A stretch of 64,000 nt of DNA from a virus (taxonomy: Duplodnaviria; Caudoviricetes), in IMG/VR virus record IMGVR_UViG_3300019373_000210, positions 3,520-67,519 of that record, one strand, 5' to 3'. Shown here one piece after another: positions 1 through 8,640 of the stretch. The stretch's first letter is position 1. Every line of letters begins with the position of its first letter. Under the pieces are notes generated by a model. It saw nothing but the letters and a program-made list of their open reading frames with translations, searched no databases and was not told the origin of the DNA. Position numbers and translations under genes: made by a program.

Positions 1-1
1 C

Positions 2-574
2 GCTCATGTACTGGAAGCCCACGACCTCGGACATCTCCTCGAACGCTTGGAAGAAGTAGCTTGTGTTGGTAACGCCGGCGTTGGCCCAGGACGAGTCGAT
101 CACGACGCGCTTCACCTGCAGCTTGACCGAGTCCCATGGGCGGGCGGAAGCGGAGGAATACCCGCCGTAGGCCTCGAAACCCTGAACGATTGTGCCGCCG
201 ACCGTCGAACGCCGGCGTTCCAAGTAGTTGAGCTCCAACGTGCCGTCGGCCAAAAGCAGCGCACGTGGCTTCAAGCCGATGTCCCAGATCAGATCCAGTA
301 TGGCTTGCGCCATGTCGCCTGGCTGGTACTGCGTCGAGAGCCCGTTCTGCCCGCGTATAGCGTCGGCGATGTCGGCGAACACCTTGTCGCTCAGGATCCC
401 CGAATCGAGCTGCATGTACGGCTGCGCCTGGTAGTTGCCGGCATTGGTCCCGTCCAGGGCCGACACGGCAGCGGCCATCTCGGAGGGCTTGTACAGCGTG
501 GCAACGCCCGCCTGGAAGCGTATGGCGTTCGCGATGTCGGTAAGCGTGCTCGTGGAAACGGTGCCGACGGTCAT
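2..574 (-). CDS. Partial (runs off window) phage tail-associated protein with BspA/DUF285-type LRR lead-in
   Basis: Not in the ORF track; manual translation from ATG 574 (TGATG overlap with fibre stop): [23 protein letters not shown]...RPWDSVKLQVKRVVIDSSWANAGVTNTSYFFQAFEEMSEVVGFQYM, open to the edge. Confidence 0.7.
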   Translation of the reverse strand, partial: MTVGTVSTSTLTDIANAIRFQAGVATLYKPSEMAAAVSALDGTNAGNYQAQPYMQLDSGILSDKVFADIADAIRGQNGLSTQYQPGDMAQAILDLIWDIGLKPRALLLADGTLELNYLERRRSTVGGTIVQGFEAYGGYSSASARPWDSVKLQVKRVVIDSSWANAGVTNTSYFFQAFEEMSEVVGFQYMS

Positions 575-3102
575 CAGAAGTACTCCTCTTCCAAATCGTC
601 GAGTGCGGCGATGGCTGCGTTGATCTGCTGCGTAACCCAGTTTTCTGTCGCGTACCCGGTAAGGCTAGGCACAGCACCGTCGACGTATCCCTTCGTGGCG
701 AAGTGCGCGTTGGCCGTCGGCGTGATGCCCGAAACCGCGCCGGTGAACGTCGCGCCCGCCAGGGCTGCGTAGGTCGAGAGGTCGATCGATATCTCGTTGT
801 TGGCGTCGATGGAAAGAGGCGACGCTGCCGTGTAGGTCTCCCCGCCGCCGAATATGTTGGCGATGCCTACCGCGCTCACGCTGACCTTCACGTTCGTCCC
901 GTTGGCGGGCGTCGCCTTTGCGGTCACCCTCATCAGGTTGCCGCTCGTCGTGTTCAGCAGGAGCGTCCCCGCGTTCACGGAGTGTCCGTTCACGTCGACG
1001 CTCGCGGAGCCGGTAACGCCGGGGGCCAGGTCAATATCGGCGGTCGCCAGGATGCCGCGCGCCTTGGAGAAGTCGACCATGCCCTGGAAGGCGATGCTGT
1101 ACGAGTATTCGCCCTCTGACACGTTGTGAAGCCTGACCAGCGTGTCGGCCACCGTGTTCCACATGAAGTCGCCCACCTTCAGGCCCGGGTAGCTCGATTT
1201 CGAGACGGACGTCGCCGTCGACGAGTACTCGGTCACGCTCGGCACGAAGGGGCCCATCCAGAGCTTCGGCGGGATGTCGGACGCGCCCGCGTAGTCGGAC
1301 AGGTCTATCGATAGCTCCCCGTTCGAAAGCGAGAGCGGCGATTGCGCCGTGAACGCCGCCGCCACGTCGTACAAGTTGCAGAGCCCCTGAAGCGTCAGCG
1401 GCGTGTCGCGCTTGGTGTACTGCGGCGCGTACTCGGTTGTCACCTTCATCAGGTTCCCGGTCGTCGGGTTGAAGATGATGCATCCTGCCGGGTAGATGTG
1501 GTTGTTGCCGGAAAGCGTCTGGCTCTCGGTCTCGCCGGGATCCACGTCGACCTGGGCCGTCGCATCGAAAAGGCGCATGTGCCCCAGGTCAAGCATCCCC
1601 ATCACGATGGCCGACATCTTGCCCGAGTTGGGGTCCTTGCTCACCTGCATCACTTTGCCCAGCGTCATCCGTATCGTGTTCACGAGGATGTCTCCCACAG
1701 CAAGGCCCTCAAAGGAGCTCGTGTTTCCCACGATCTGCCAGTTCGACGAGTCCGCCTCCCGGTAGTAGGGGTAGTCCCACCCGCACCAGATTCGAGGGGC
1801 ATCGGTCACTTCAGCGTAACCGGAAAGGTCGATTGACAGCTCACCACCGTCAAGTACCAGCGGCGAAACAGGCGTGAAGGTCGTGCCGTCCGCACCAGCG
1901 GGGCCGGTCGGTCCGGTTGCGCCGGTGTCGCCCTTCGGCCCCTGCGGCCCAACGAGGTCGGCAGAAGAAGTCCCAGAAGCGCTCGTGACGGAAAGCACGG
2001 TGCCGTTCCAGGCGTGTGTGCAGGACACGCCGTCGTTGCCGTCAGCACCGGTGTCGCCCTTGGGGCCGGTGTCGCCGGTATCGCCCTTCGGGCCCTGCGG
2101 CCCGGTCGGTCCGGTCGCGCCCGTCTCTCCCTGCAAGCCGCGCTCGCCCTGGGGCCCTGTCTCGCCTTGGATGCCCTGCGGCCCCTGCTCTCCCGTGTCG
2201 CCCTTCTCGCCTTGCGGTCCCTGCGGTCCCGTCGCACCGGTGGCGCCGGTTTCGCCTTTCGGCCCCTGCTCGCCTTGCGGCCCCTGCGGGCCGGTCGCCC
2301 CGGTCGCGCCCGTCTCCCCGCGCTCTCCCTGCGGCCCCTGCTCTCCGGCGTCGCCCTTCTCACCTTTGGGACCTTGCTCGCCGGTGTCGCCTTTGTCGCC
2401 CTTAGCGCCCTTGGCTATGTCGGCGGTCGTGGTGCCGTTCTTGTCGGTGATGGTGATCACCGCGCCCTCGGCGGTCTGCGTCACCGTTGCGGTCGGGCTG
2501 AAGCCGTCCGCACCGTCCTGGCCGTCCTGGCCGTCGGCCCCGTCGAAGTCGCCTTGCTCGGCGGCAGCGCGCAGGTCAGCTGCAGCCTGATTCGCGTTGC
2601 CCGCCGCCGTGTTGGCGGCTGTTGCGGCCTCGTTGGCCGCGTCAGCAGCCTCGGTGGAGATGCCGGCTGCGTTCTCGTAAGCGTGGATCGCCCCGACGAA
2701 CAGGGTGAAGCCGTCCTGGGTCTCCAGCTCGCCAACGATCACCGGCTCAACGCGGATCTGGAACGTGCGCGTGGAGATGTACGAATTGGAGCCCGTGGAA
2801 ACCATCACCTGCGCGTCTACCACGCCGCCGCACTCCAGCATCGATGCCGGGTAGTAGATCTCGAACTTGCCGACGGAAGCGTCGACCGCCTCGAAGAGCT
2901 CGGTTCCGCGTTTTCCGGTCATGCGGTGCCGCCATACAAGGTAAACGCTAGCGTCTGTCAGGTCGGCGGCAGTTCCGTCCTGGCGCACTTCCAAGGCGAT
3001 CCCGCGCCCGTGCGAGTCGCAGGGCGATGCGACCAGGTCGCCGCTGATGACCTGGTCCGCCACGTTCCAAACGAGTTCGAAGAGTCCGTATCCTTCTAGC
3101 AT
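574..3102 (-). CDS. Tail fibre/receptor-binding protein: BppU-like N-terminus, collagen-like G-X-Y repeats, two duplicated modules
   Basis: 842 aa; N-terminal ...[22 protein letters not shown]...[11 protein letters not shown]; long GPQG/GDTG run; position after Tal. Confidence 0.8.
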   Translation of the reverse strand: MLEGYGLFELVWNVADQVISGDLVASPCDSHGRGIALEVRQDGTAADLTDASVYLVWRHRMTGKRGTELFEAVDASVGKFEIYYPASMLECGGVVDAQVMVSTGSNSYISTRTFQIRVEPVIVGELETQDGFTLFVGAIHAYENAAGISTEAADAANEAATAANTAAGNANQAAADLRAAAEQGDFDGADGQDGQDGADGFSPTATVTQTAEGAVITITDKNGTTTADIAKGAKGDKGDTGEQGPKGEKGDAGEQGPQGERGETGATGATGPQGPQGEQGPKGETGATGATGPQGPQGEKGDTGEQGPQGIQGETGPQGERGLQGETGATGPTGPQGPKGDTGDTGPKGDTGADGNDGVSCTHAWNGTVLSVTSASGTSSADLVGPQGPKGDTGATGPTGPAGADGTTFTPVSPLVLDGGELSIDLSGYAEVTDAPRIWCGWDYPYYREADSSNWQIVGNTSSFEGLAVGDILVNTIRMTLGKVMQVSKDPNSGKMSAIVMGMLDLGHMRLFDATAQVDVDPGETESQTLSGNNHIYPAGCIIFNPTTGNLMKVTTEYAPQYTKRDTPLTLQGLCNLYDVAAAFTAQSPLSLSNGELSIDLSDYAGASDIPPKLWMGPFVPSVTEYSSTATSVSKSSYPGLKVGDFMWNTVADTLVRLHNVSEGEYSYSIAFQGMVDFSKARGILATADIDLAPGVTGSASVDVNGHSVNAGTLLLNTTSGNLMRVTAKATPANGTNVKVSVSAVGIANIFGGGETYTAASPLSIDANNEISIDLSTYAALAGATFTGAVSGITPTANAHFATKGYVDGAVPSLTGYATENWVTQQINAAIAALDDLEEEYF
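1885..2410 (-). repeat. Collagen-like (Gly-X-Y)n coding repeat
   Basis: [19 protein letters not shown]... in the fibre; 9-bp periodicity in the DNA. Confidence 0.9.
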
Positions 3103-3103
3103 G

Positions 3104-4324
3104 TCAGAAGTCCAATCCGCTCAAGTCGTCCAAGTCGTCTATCGCCTCGGTCACGGCCTCCTCGACGCGGTCGACCGAGGCCGCAGTGGTCAGGTTGCCG
3201 TCGATGCCGGTCACGTCGTTCTGCAGCGCAGCCACGTCTGCGGCAAGAGAGCTCGTCACCGCGTAGTCCACGGGCTGCACCGTGCCGATCGTCACGCGCG
3301 CGAGTACCCTCTCCCCGAAGGTGCGCACGCGCCTGACGACCCTGGCGGTGAAACGCCATTCCGGGTCCCGCGATGTATCGATGACGGCCACCGTGTCGCC
3401 CAGGTCCGCGTCGTCGCCTTCGAGCGCCGCCACGTCGACCTCGTAGGAGACCTTCGGCTTCGCGGCCTCCGCCAGCGCCGCCCGCGTCAGTTCCAGAAGC
3501 TTCGCCGGGTCGGTGCAGTCGCTGAAAGTGACTTGCCCGAAGGCGCTCACCTTCGCGGTGCGGTCCGCGTTCCAGCGTCCCCACAATTCCCGGGCCGCGA
3601 CGTCCTCGACGTAGTTCAGCCCGCCGTTGATCTCCCCGAACGTCAGCTTGCGCCGGTACCCGGGAACGTAGTTGCCGTCCTCGTCTGTGTAGGGAAGCCC
3701 GGCGCCGAAGCCGTAAAGCGCCGTGTAAACGTCCTGCTCCAACACGGTCCTCGTGCAGCTCGCCATGTTCTTCCCGTAGACGAGCCTCAGCCCGTTCCAG
3801 GATCCGCGTTGGGCGTCCAGGCGAATCGACCGCGACGATACACGTCCGCCAGAAACCTCGATGACCGGCGTAACCTCGCCCTTCCACACCTCGGCCACTC
3901 GCCGCAGTGCCCACAAGGCATTCTGGTGGTAGATCAGCGCCCCGGACCTCCCGAGGTTCGCGCAGTAAGCGATTGACCAGCGCGTCGTCGCGAGCACCGC
4001 CGTCAATGCCTGACGGGCCGTCCTGTTCACCAGCTGTGCTTCCTCGACGAAATCGTCAAGCATCTCGCAGAGCGAGGATTCCGCGTACACGAAGCACAGC
4101 CCGCAAAGCGGCTCAATCGTGTGGACTACCACGTGCTCTCTCCAAGCCTCGCCATCCCGCCACAACAGACGGTCACCCTTGGCCGGCACTTCTCGCGTTT
4201 GGAATTCGATCGTGTCCTCGCCGTTCAATTCCTCGGTATGTACGAGCTCTCCGACGACCGGCAACATCCCGATCCTCTCGTCGAACCGGTCGTACCAATA
4301 CAACGCCGGCACGCACCCGCCCAT
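3104..4324 (-). CDS. Phage tail spike/baseplate hub (Tal, prophage endopeptidase tail family)
   Basis: Probable start ATG 4324 overlapping the Dit stop; [40 protein letters not shown] motifs. Confidence 0.8.
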   Translation of the reverse strand: MGGCVPALYWYDRFDERIGMLPVVGELVHTEELNGEDTIEFQTREVPAKGDRLLWRDGEAWREHVVVHTIEPLCGLCFVYAESSLCEMLDDFVEEAQLVNRTARQALTAVLATTRWSIAYCANLGRSGALIYHQNALWALRRVAEVWKGEVTPVIEVSGGRVSSRSIRLDAQRGSWNGLRLVYGKNMASCTRTVLEQDVYTALYGFGAGLPYTDEDGNYVPGYRRKLTFGEINGGLNYVEDVAARELWGRWNADRTAKVSAFGQVTFSDCTDPAKLLELTRAALAEAAKPKVSYEVDVAALEGDDADLGDTVAVIDTSRDPEWRFTARVVRRVRTFGERVLARVTIGTVQPVDYAVTSSLAADVAALQNDVTGIDGNLTTAASVDRVEEAVTEAIDDLDDLSGLDF

Positions 4325-5043
4325 CAAGCCCACCTCTCGCGAAATCGGGCCTCGAAGTAGGAGCATCCCGAGAACGACAGGGAACAAGGCCCAGGCTTCA
4401 ACGCGAAGAAGTCGCTGCCCAGCGTCACGCAATCCCGAGCGTCACCGTCGTTTATGTCGACCCGCTCGTTCGCGCAGTCGATTACCACCGCCTCGCCGCC
4501 CGCGAACCCGTACTCGATGCGCAAGAGCTCGCCTGCCGTAGGGTTGGAAACCTGAAGAGCGGACCCGGAAGAGGCGACAAGCCGGAACTCCGGCAGCGTC
4601 GCCCATGTCCCGCCGACATCGAAAGAGGTCTCCCGCTCGATGCGCTGAGCGCCGTAGGAGATCGGGTCGAACAGCGTGAACGTCACCTCGCACTCGCCGG
4701 TTTCGAACAGCCGCGACCAGGTAGATGCCGCGATCAGCAGCGCGTCATGGTACTCGCGCTCCGGATCGTCCGGCAAAACCAACGTCCCGCCGCCGGGAAC
4801 GCAAAGCCAGGACCTCAGCAGATGGTGCATCTCAGCGAGCTCGACGACATCAGGCTTGAATCCCAGATCCAGGAACAGCTTCACCCGCACGTCCACCGGC
4901 GGCACGTAAACCGAGACGATCTCGCCGCCGGCCCGTCCGGGCACCTCGGCCATCTCGGCAACAATCGGGTTCGCCGACTTCTCTATAACCTGCGCCGAGC
5001 AGATCTGCGAGAAGTCGTTACCGGCGTAGATTATCGACCTCAT
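4324..5043 (-). CDS. Distal tail protein (Dit)
   Basis: 239 aa MRSIIYAGNDFS...EVPGRAG...LVLPDDPEREYHDA...TFTLFDPISYG...FFALKPG; position before Tal. Confidence 0.8.
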   Translation of the reverse strand: MRSIIYAGNDFSQICSAQVIEKSANPIVAEMAEVPGRAGGEIVSVYVPPVDVRVKLFLDLGFKPDVVELAEMHHLLRSWLCVPGGGTLVLPDDPEREYHDALLIAASTWSRLFETGECEVTFTLFDPISYGAQRIERETSFDVGGTWATLPEFRLVASSGSALQVSNPTAGELLRIEYGFAGGEAVVIDCANERVDINDGDARDCVTLGSDFFALKPGPCSLSFSGCSYFEARFRERWA

Positions 5044-5192
5044 GCATTCCCCCTAGCACGCCCGTAAGCGGAAGCCCGCCGCTGGGACTCCCGCGCAGCC
5101 TTGTCGTCGTTCCCGAAAGCACGAGTGCGCCGGACCAAAGTCTCGACGCGCTTGCCAGCCTGCTTGGCCTGTCTGTATCCCTGCCTTGTCAT
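5040..5192 (-). CDS. 50-aa basic hypothetical protein
   Basis: ATG 5192 with AGGGAG RBS; ATGA overlaps with both neighbours. Confidence 0.55.
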   Translation of the reverse strand: MTRQGYRQAKQAGKRVETLVRRTRAFGNDDKAARESQRRASAYGRARGNA

Positions 5193-5587
5193 ATCTCCCT
5201 CGCAACCGTCAGGATCACCTCGAACTTCCAAACGAACCGCCCGGACGAATCCTGCAGCTCAAGCTCGGGGGCGGCGGTGTCCAAACCGCATATGCGGTAC
5301 TGCCCGGCTTCCGCGTGCATCTCCCAACGCGCTCTCCTCAAAGCGTGCTCGCAGGCGCACGCCACGCTCTCTGCATCGGCGGATACGTTGCGTACCACAC
5401 GCACCGTCACCGTCACGGCCCCGCGCTCCTCCTCGGCCATCCGAACGTCCCGCACGAACCCACCGGAGCTCACCACAATTGGTTCGGCGCATTCCAGGGC
5501 GCTGCAAGATTGTGTGAAAACGCTCGTGAATTTCGCTTCTACCAGCAGTTTTGCGATGGAATTAGCGCAGGAGCCCAATCCCTCCAT
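5189..5587 (-). CDS. Tail terminator/completion-like protein
   Basis: 132 aa from ATG 5587 (TGATG overlap); ends DTAAPELELQDSSGRFVWKFEVIL; synteny. Confidence 0.6.
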   Translation of the reverse strand: MEGLGSCANSIAKLLVEAKFTSVFTQSCSALECAEPIVVSSGGFVRDVRMAEEERGAVTVTVRVVRNVSADAESVACACEHALRRARWEMHAEAGQYRICGLDTAAPELELQDSSGRFVWKFEVILTVAREI

Positions 5588-5913
5588 CACGAAACCTCCA
5601 ATTCCCAGTGGTGGACTCGACCCCATTTGCCGCAGTGCCGCTTGCACTTCCTCACGTAGTAGGAGGCCCCGTCGATCTCGATGCGGGATCCGGCGGGAAC
5701 CGCGAAGGCCCCCGCCGAGTTGACCGCATCCACGAACACGATCCCCGCGCCCGCATCAACGCTACGATGCGCGTCGTCCGAAACGGACTGTGACTCATTG
5801 AACCTCACGTTTGAAACCTCAACGGGCTCACCGAACCCGCCGCGCCCGTCCGGGACCCTAACCGTCATGGTGTCGGGAAGGAGCCGGAGTGGGATGGGGC
5901 ACGGGGCACTCAT
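5587..5913 (-). CDS. Head closure/stopper (minor capsid) protein
   Basis: 108 aa from ATG 5913; DTMTVR...NVRF...VFVDAVNS...HHWELEV; synteny after connector. Confidence 0.65.
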   Translation of the reverse strand: MSAPCPIPLRLLPDTMTVRVPDGRGGFGEPVEVSNVRFNESQSVSDDAHRSVDAGAGIVFVDAVNSAGAFAVPAGSRIEIDGASYYVRKCKRHCGKWGRVHHWELEVS

Positions 5914-6257
5914 CAGCGAACGCCTGCGAATATGAGCGTCGTGCCCGAAAGCTCGCGCATTATGGCCTCGTTTGCGAGCGCGTCGCCGGTCGCGGTCCCA
6001 CGCCCCTCGAACTGGGTCATGCGGAAGTCGCCGATGGCGAACCCGCCCACCTGCCCGTGCCCGTATTCGGCGAGCACGTCGACGGCGGCGCAGATCGCCC
6101 GCTTGTAGGCGGTGCGCTCGCAGCAATCCGGGCTTCGGTGGTCGCAAAGCCAGGCAACCTGCTGCTCGGCGGCGGGAAGGGACCCCTCAAAAGCGGTGCG
6201 GGTCAGCTTCCCGCCGTAGGTCTCGCGGTAATACGCGTAGTCGACAGTCACAGCCAT
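5913..6257 (-). CDS. Head-tail connector/adaptor
   Basis: 114 aa, VDYAYYRETYGG...KRAICAAVD...IGDFRMT; directly after the capsid gene. Confidence 0.7.
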   Translation of the reverse strand: MAVTVDYAYYRETYGGKLTRTAFEGSLPAAEQQVAWLCDHRSPDCCERTAYKRAICAAVDVLAEYGHGQVGGFAIGDFRMTQFEGRGTATGDALANEAIMRELSGTTLIFAGVR

Positions 6258-6268
6258 GGCGCAACCAC

Positions 6269-7282
6269 CTACTCAGCCGCCGCCGACGCGTAGACGCCAG
6301 CCAGCTTGTTGTCGAGCAAGTCGACGATCCCGTACTTCCTATATTTGAGCATGTAGGAATCCAGGTTCTCCAATTCGTCTGGGCTGAAGATCCGGCTTGC
6401 GATGTGGCGGTCGAACTTGATGACTGCGCCCTTCTCCACCACGATGAAGTTCAGCGCCGCGCCGGTTCCGACCAGCTCGTAGTACGTCCCAAGGTTGCTC
6501 TTCGTCGGGTTGGCCACCGGCGTGTACACGCCTCCGCTCTCCGTGTAGTACGTCTTGGAGGAATCGACCTCGGTGTCCTCGGTAAGCACGTACTCGCCGG
6601 CCGCCTTCTGGTAGCCGAACTGCTCGTCGTCGCCGGAGAGCAGATCGATTGCCGTGTAGAAGCGAGATTGCGGTACCTCAACGATCTGATTGAAGCGCTC
6701 GAGCACGCGGTTGGAACGCGTGGGGTTCGCGTAGGAGTAGTCGTCGAGCACACCCTTGAGAGTGGGCGTGATGAACAGGAAACGCGTGCCCTCGGTGACC
6801 TGGTGCTCGTCCATCAGGCTCGTCACGTCGCGCAGCTTCGCCAGGACGTCGGTAGCCGTGGCGCTGGAAAAATCGTCGGTCGAATAGCCGATGCCCTCGT
6901 GCGACGCGATCTGCGAGAACGTGAACGCGTCTGCCTCGGGCGCCACGTGGCAGCGCTGGAGCTCCGCGCCGGCCTCGAAGAAGCAGTCCTCGATTCCGGA
7001 CTCGGCCACGTCCATCACATCTGCGGTGATTTTGATCCCGCGATCGTAATTCATCTGCCGGGTCTGGAACTCAAGATTTATGCTTCCCGTACGATACCCC
7101 TGGTCACGGGTGTAGTCGCCAAGGCCTGAAACCGAGATCTTCGGGATCATGATCTCGCGCGCGTTATGCGTGGATCTCACGATGCGCCCGCTGCTCGTCA
7201 GGATGCGCGACACGCTCGCGTTCTGGTAGACCTCGTCGATGATGGGAATGTAGCTCTTAGCGAATGCGATGCTGTTAGGCAT
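6269..7282 (-). CDS. Major capsid protein
   Basis: 337 aa; EIMIPKISVSGLGDYTRDQGY, YDRGIKITADVMD, YRKYGIVDLLDNK; follows scaffold. Confidence 0.85.
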   Translation of the reverse strand: MPNSIAFAKSYIPIIDEVYQNASVSRILTSSGRIVRSTHNAREIMIPKISVSGLGDYTRDQGYRTGSINLEFQTRQMNYDRGIKITADVMDVAESGIEDCFFEAGAELQRCHVAPEADAFTFSQIASHEGIGYSTDDFSSATATDVLAKLRDVTSLMDEHQVTEGTRFLFITPTLKGVLDDYSYANPTRSNRVLERFNQIVEVPQSRFYTAIDLLSGDDEQFGYQKAAGEYVLTEDTEVDSSKTYYTESGGVYTPVANPTKSNLGTYYELVGTGAALNFIVVEKGAVIKFDRHIASRIFSPDELENLDSYMLKYRKYGIVDLLDNKLAGVYASAAAE

Positions 7283-7294
7283 GTGCGCACCTCC

Positions 7295-7876
7295 TTACTC
7301 GTTGCTCTTCTTCGCGGGAAGCCCGGCGATCTTGCGCCAATGGCGCTCGTCCTTGGCGTCGTCGGAGGCCGTCCCCGCGTTGGGAAGACCGGTCGCGCCC
7401 GACTGTTCGGCGTGCGCCGCGAAAAGGTAGGGCTCTGCGGCCTTCAGCTTCTCCACGTCGCCGTCGTAGTCGTCGAGCACCGCGCGCGCCGCCTTCACGT
7501 TGCGGCAGCCCGCAAGCTGCAGCGCGAAATCGATGCGGTCGGACGCCGCCTGGTTCTTCAGCTTCTCGTTCTCGGATTTCAGGGATTCCGCCTGCTGGCC
7601 CAGCTTCTCGGCGTCGGCCAGCTTGCCTTCGAGCTCGGCAATCTTGCCGTCGCGCTCGGTGATGCTCGCGTCGCGCTTCGCGATTTCGGCAACGTAGTCG
7701 ATTGCGGGCTTTCCCGTTCCCGACGACTTTGACTCATCGTTGGCGGAATTGTCGTTTCCGGAGGCTACCGGCGGCATCCCCGTCGACCCTGAGGTCTGCG
7801 CACTGGCCTGTCCTTCCGCCTGCGCCGCGTCTGCTGCTCCCGCACCATTTGTGATCTCGTTTTCCTTGCCATCCAT
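7295..7876 (-). CDS. Capsid scaffolding protein (Phage GP20-like)
   Basis: Start ATG 7876 with AAAGGCGG RBS; coiled coil then AGCRNVKAARAVLD...EKLKAAEPYLF. Confidence 0.8.
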   Translation of the reverse strand: MDGKENEITNGAGAADAAQAEGQASAQTSGSTGMPPVASGNDNSANDESKSSGTGKPAIDYVAEIAKRDASITERDGKIAELEGKLADAEKLGQQAESLKSENEKLKNQAASDRIDFALQLAGCRNVKAARAVLDDYDGDVEKLKAAEPYLFAAHAEQSGATGLPNAGTASDDAKDERHWRKIAGLPAKKSNE

Positions 7877-7949
7877 TCTTCCGCCTTTCGGTCGAAACGG
7901 CGCGTGGCCCACGCCAACAACACTTGCCACGGATGGAAGGGTAAAGGGG

Positions 7950-7960
7950 TGTCACAAATC
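7950..7960 (-). promoter_or_regulatory. Candidate late-gene regulatory motif GATTTGTGACA
   Basis: Identical 11-mer upstream of scaffold (7950-7960) and terS (57603-57613). Confidence 0.4.
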
Positions 7961-7982
7961 ACCTGATTTTGTCCCAAGAACA

Positions 7983-8010
7983 GAAAAGCGCTCCGCTTGG
8001 AGCGCTTTTC
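7983..8010. terminator. Bidirectional intrinsic terminator
   Basis: GAAAAGCGCTCC-GCTT-GGAGCGCTTTTC perfect 12-bp stem with A/T tracts; separates cargo from the scaffold promoter. Confidence 0.85.
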
Positions 8011-8034
8011 AAGTTGCGGTTCGTTTATCTTCAA

Positions 8035-8193
8035 CTAGTTGTTTTTCCTGGCCTTGTTTCTCTCGGAATTGGTTCTCTTTCCTTGATCAATCCAGTTCGG
8101 ATTATCTTTTATCTTTTTCTGGCTGCGGCCCTTATCGCGATCCGTATGCTTGTCATGCGTTGACGGCCGCGCTCCCTTTGTGTGCTCCTTCAT
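8035..8193 (-). CDS. 52-aa basic protein with an EHTKGARPSTHDKH motif (toxin-tip-like)
   Basis: Below the ORF-track cutoff; ATG 8193 with GAGGGG RBS, TAG at 8035; MKEHTKGARPSTHDKHTDRDKGRSQKKIKDNPNWIDQGKRTNSERNKARKNN. Confidence 0.55.
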   Translation of the reverse strand: MKEHTKGARPSTHDKHTDRDKGRSQKKIKDNPNWIDQGKRTNSERNKARKNN

Positions 8194-8339
8194 AAGTCAC
8201 ACCCCTCTCTCTTACGAATAATTTCTAAAGATCGCATAAAGAGCTTTCTCTGGGCAATCGGTTCAGTTTTCATCATGCGTTAGCAGATCAATTGGAATCC
8301 TTTCCAACTTCCAAGGCCATCCTCCAAACAATGCGACAT

Positions 8340-8600
8340 CTAAACGTCTCCTTGCTCAAATTCGAATAGTTTTTCATCGTCAAGAGACCAGAAACCCTGT
8401 ATTCGTCTTCTTGAAACGATCTTCTCGTTCTCTTCATCGTATTCGATTTCTATCACATCGTATTGAGCATCGTAGTAGCGCCGACACCACTCGGGGTTTT
8501 CTGTCCATTTGTGAGCATCCCTGTCGCGTTGATACCAAAACCCATTCTCTTCTTTTACGACTGAAAAACCCAATTCGAATAGATAGCACTTTCTAATCAT
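8340..8600 (-). CDS. Hypothetical protein, 86 aa
   Basis: Protein-like composition, co-oriented downstream of the ARH gene. Confidence 0.6.
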   Translation of the reverse strand: MIRKCYLFELGFSVVKEENGFWYQRDRDAHKWTENPEWCRRYYDAQYDVIEIEYDEENEKIVSRRRIQGFWSLDDEKLFEFEQGDV

Positions 8601-8640
8601 GCTGAACGCATATCCCTTCTCCTTCGTAGTCCCGATTACG

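Noticed and set aside
1-3102. Diversity-generating retroelement acting on the fibre or LRR gene
   Set aside because: No reverse transcriptase and no adenine-biased TR/VR pair seen; the duplicated fibre modules are too diverged
47-7732. Long plus-strand ORFs opposite the structural genes (e.g. 2014-3099, 3907-5067, 5972-7129)
   Set aside because: Shadow ORFs typical of high-GC DNA; no RBS or motifs
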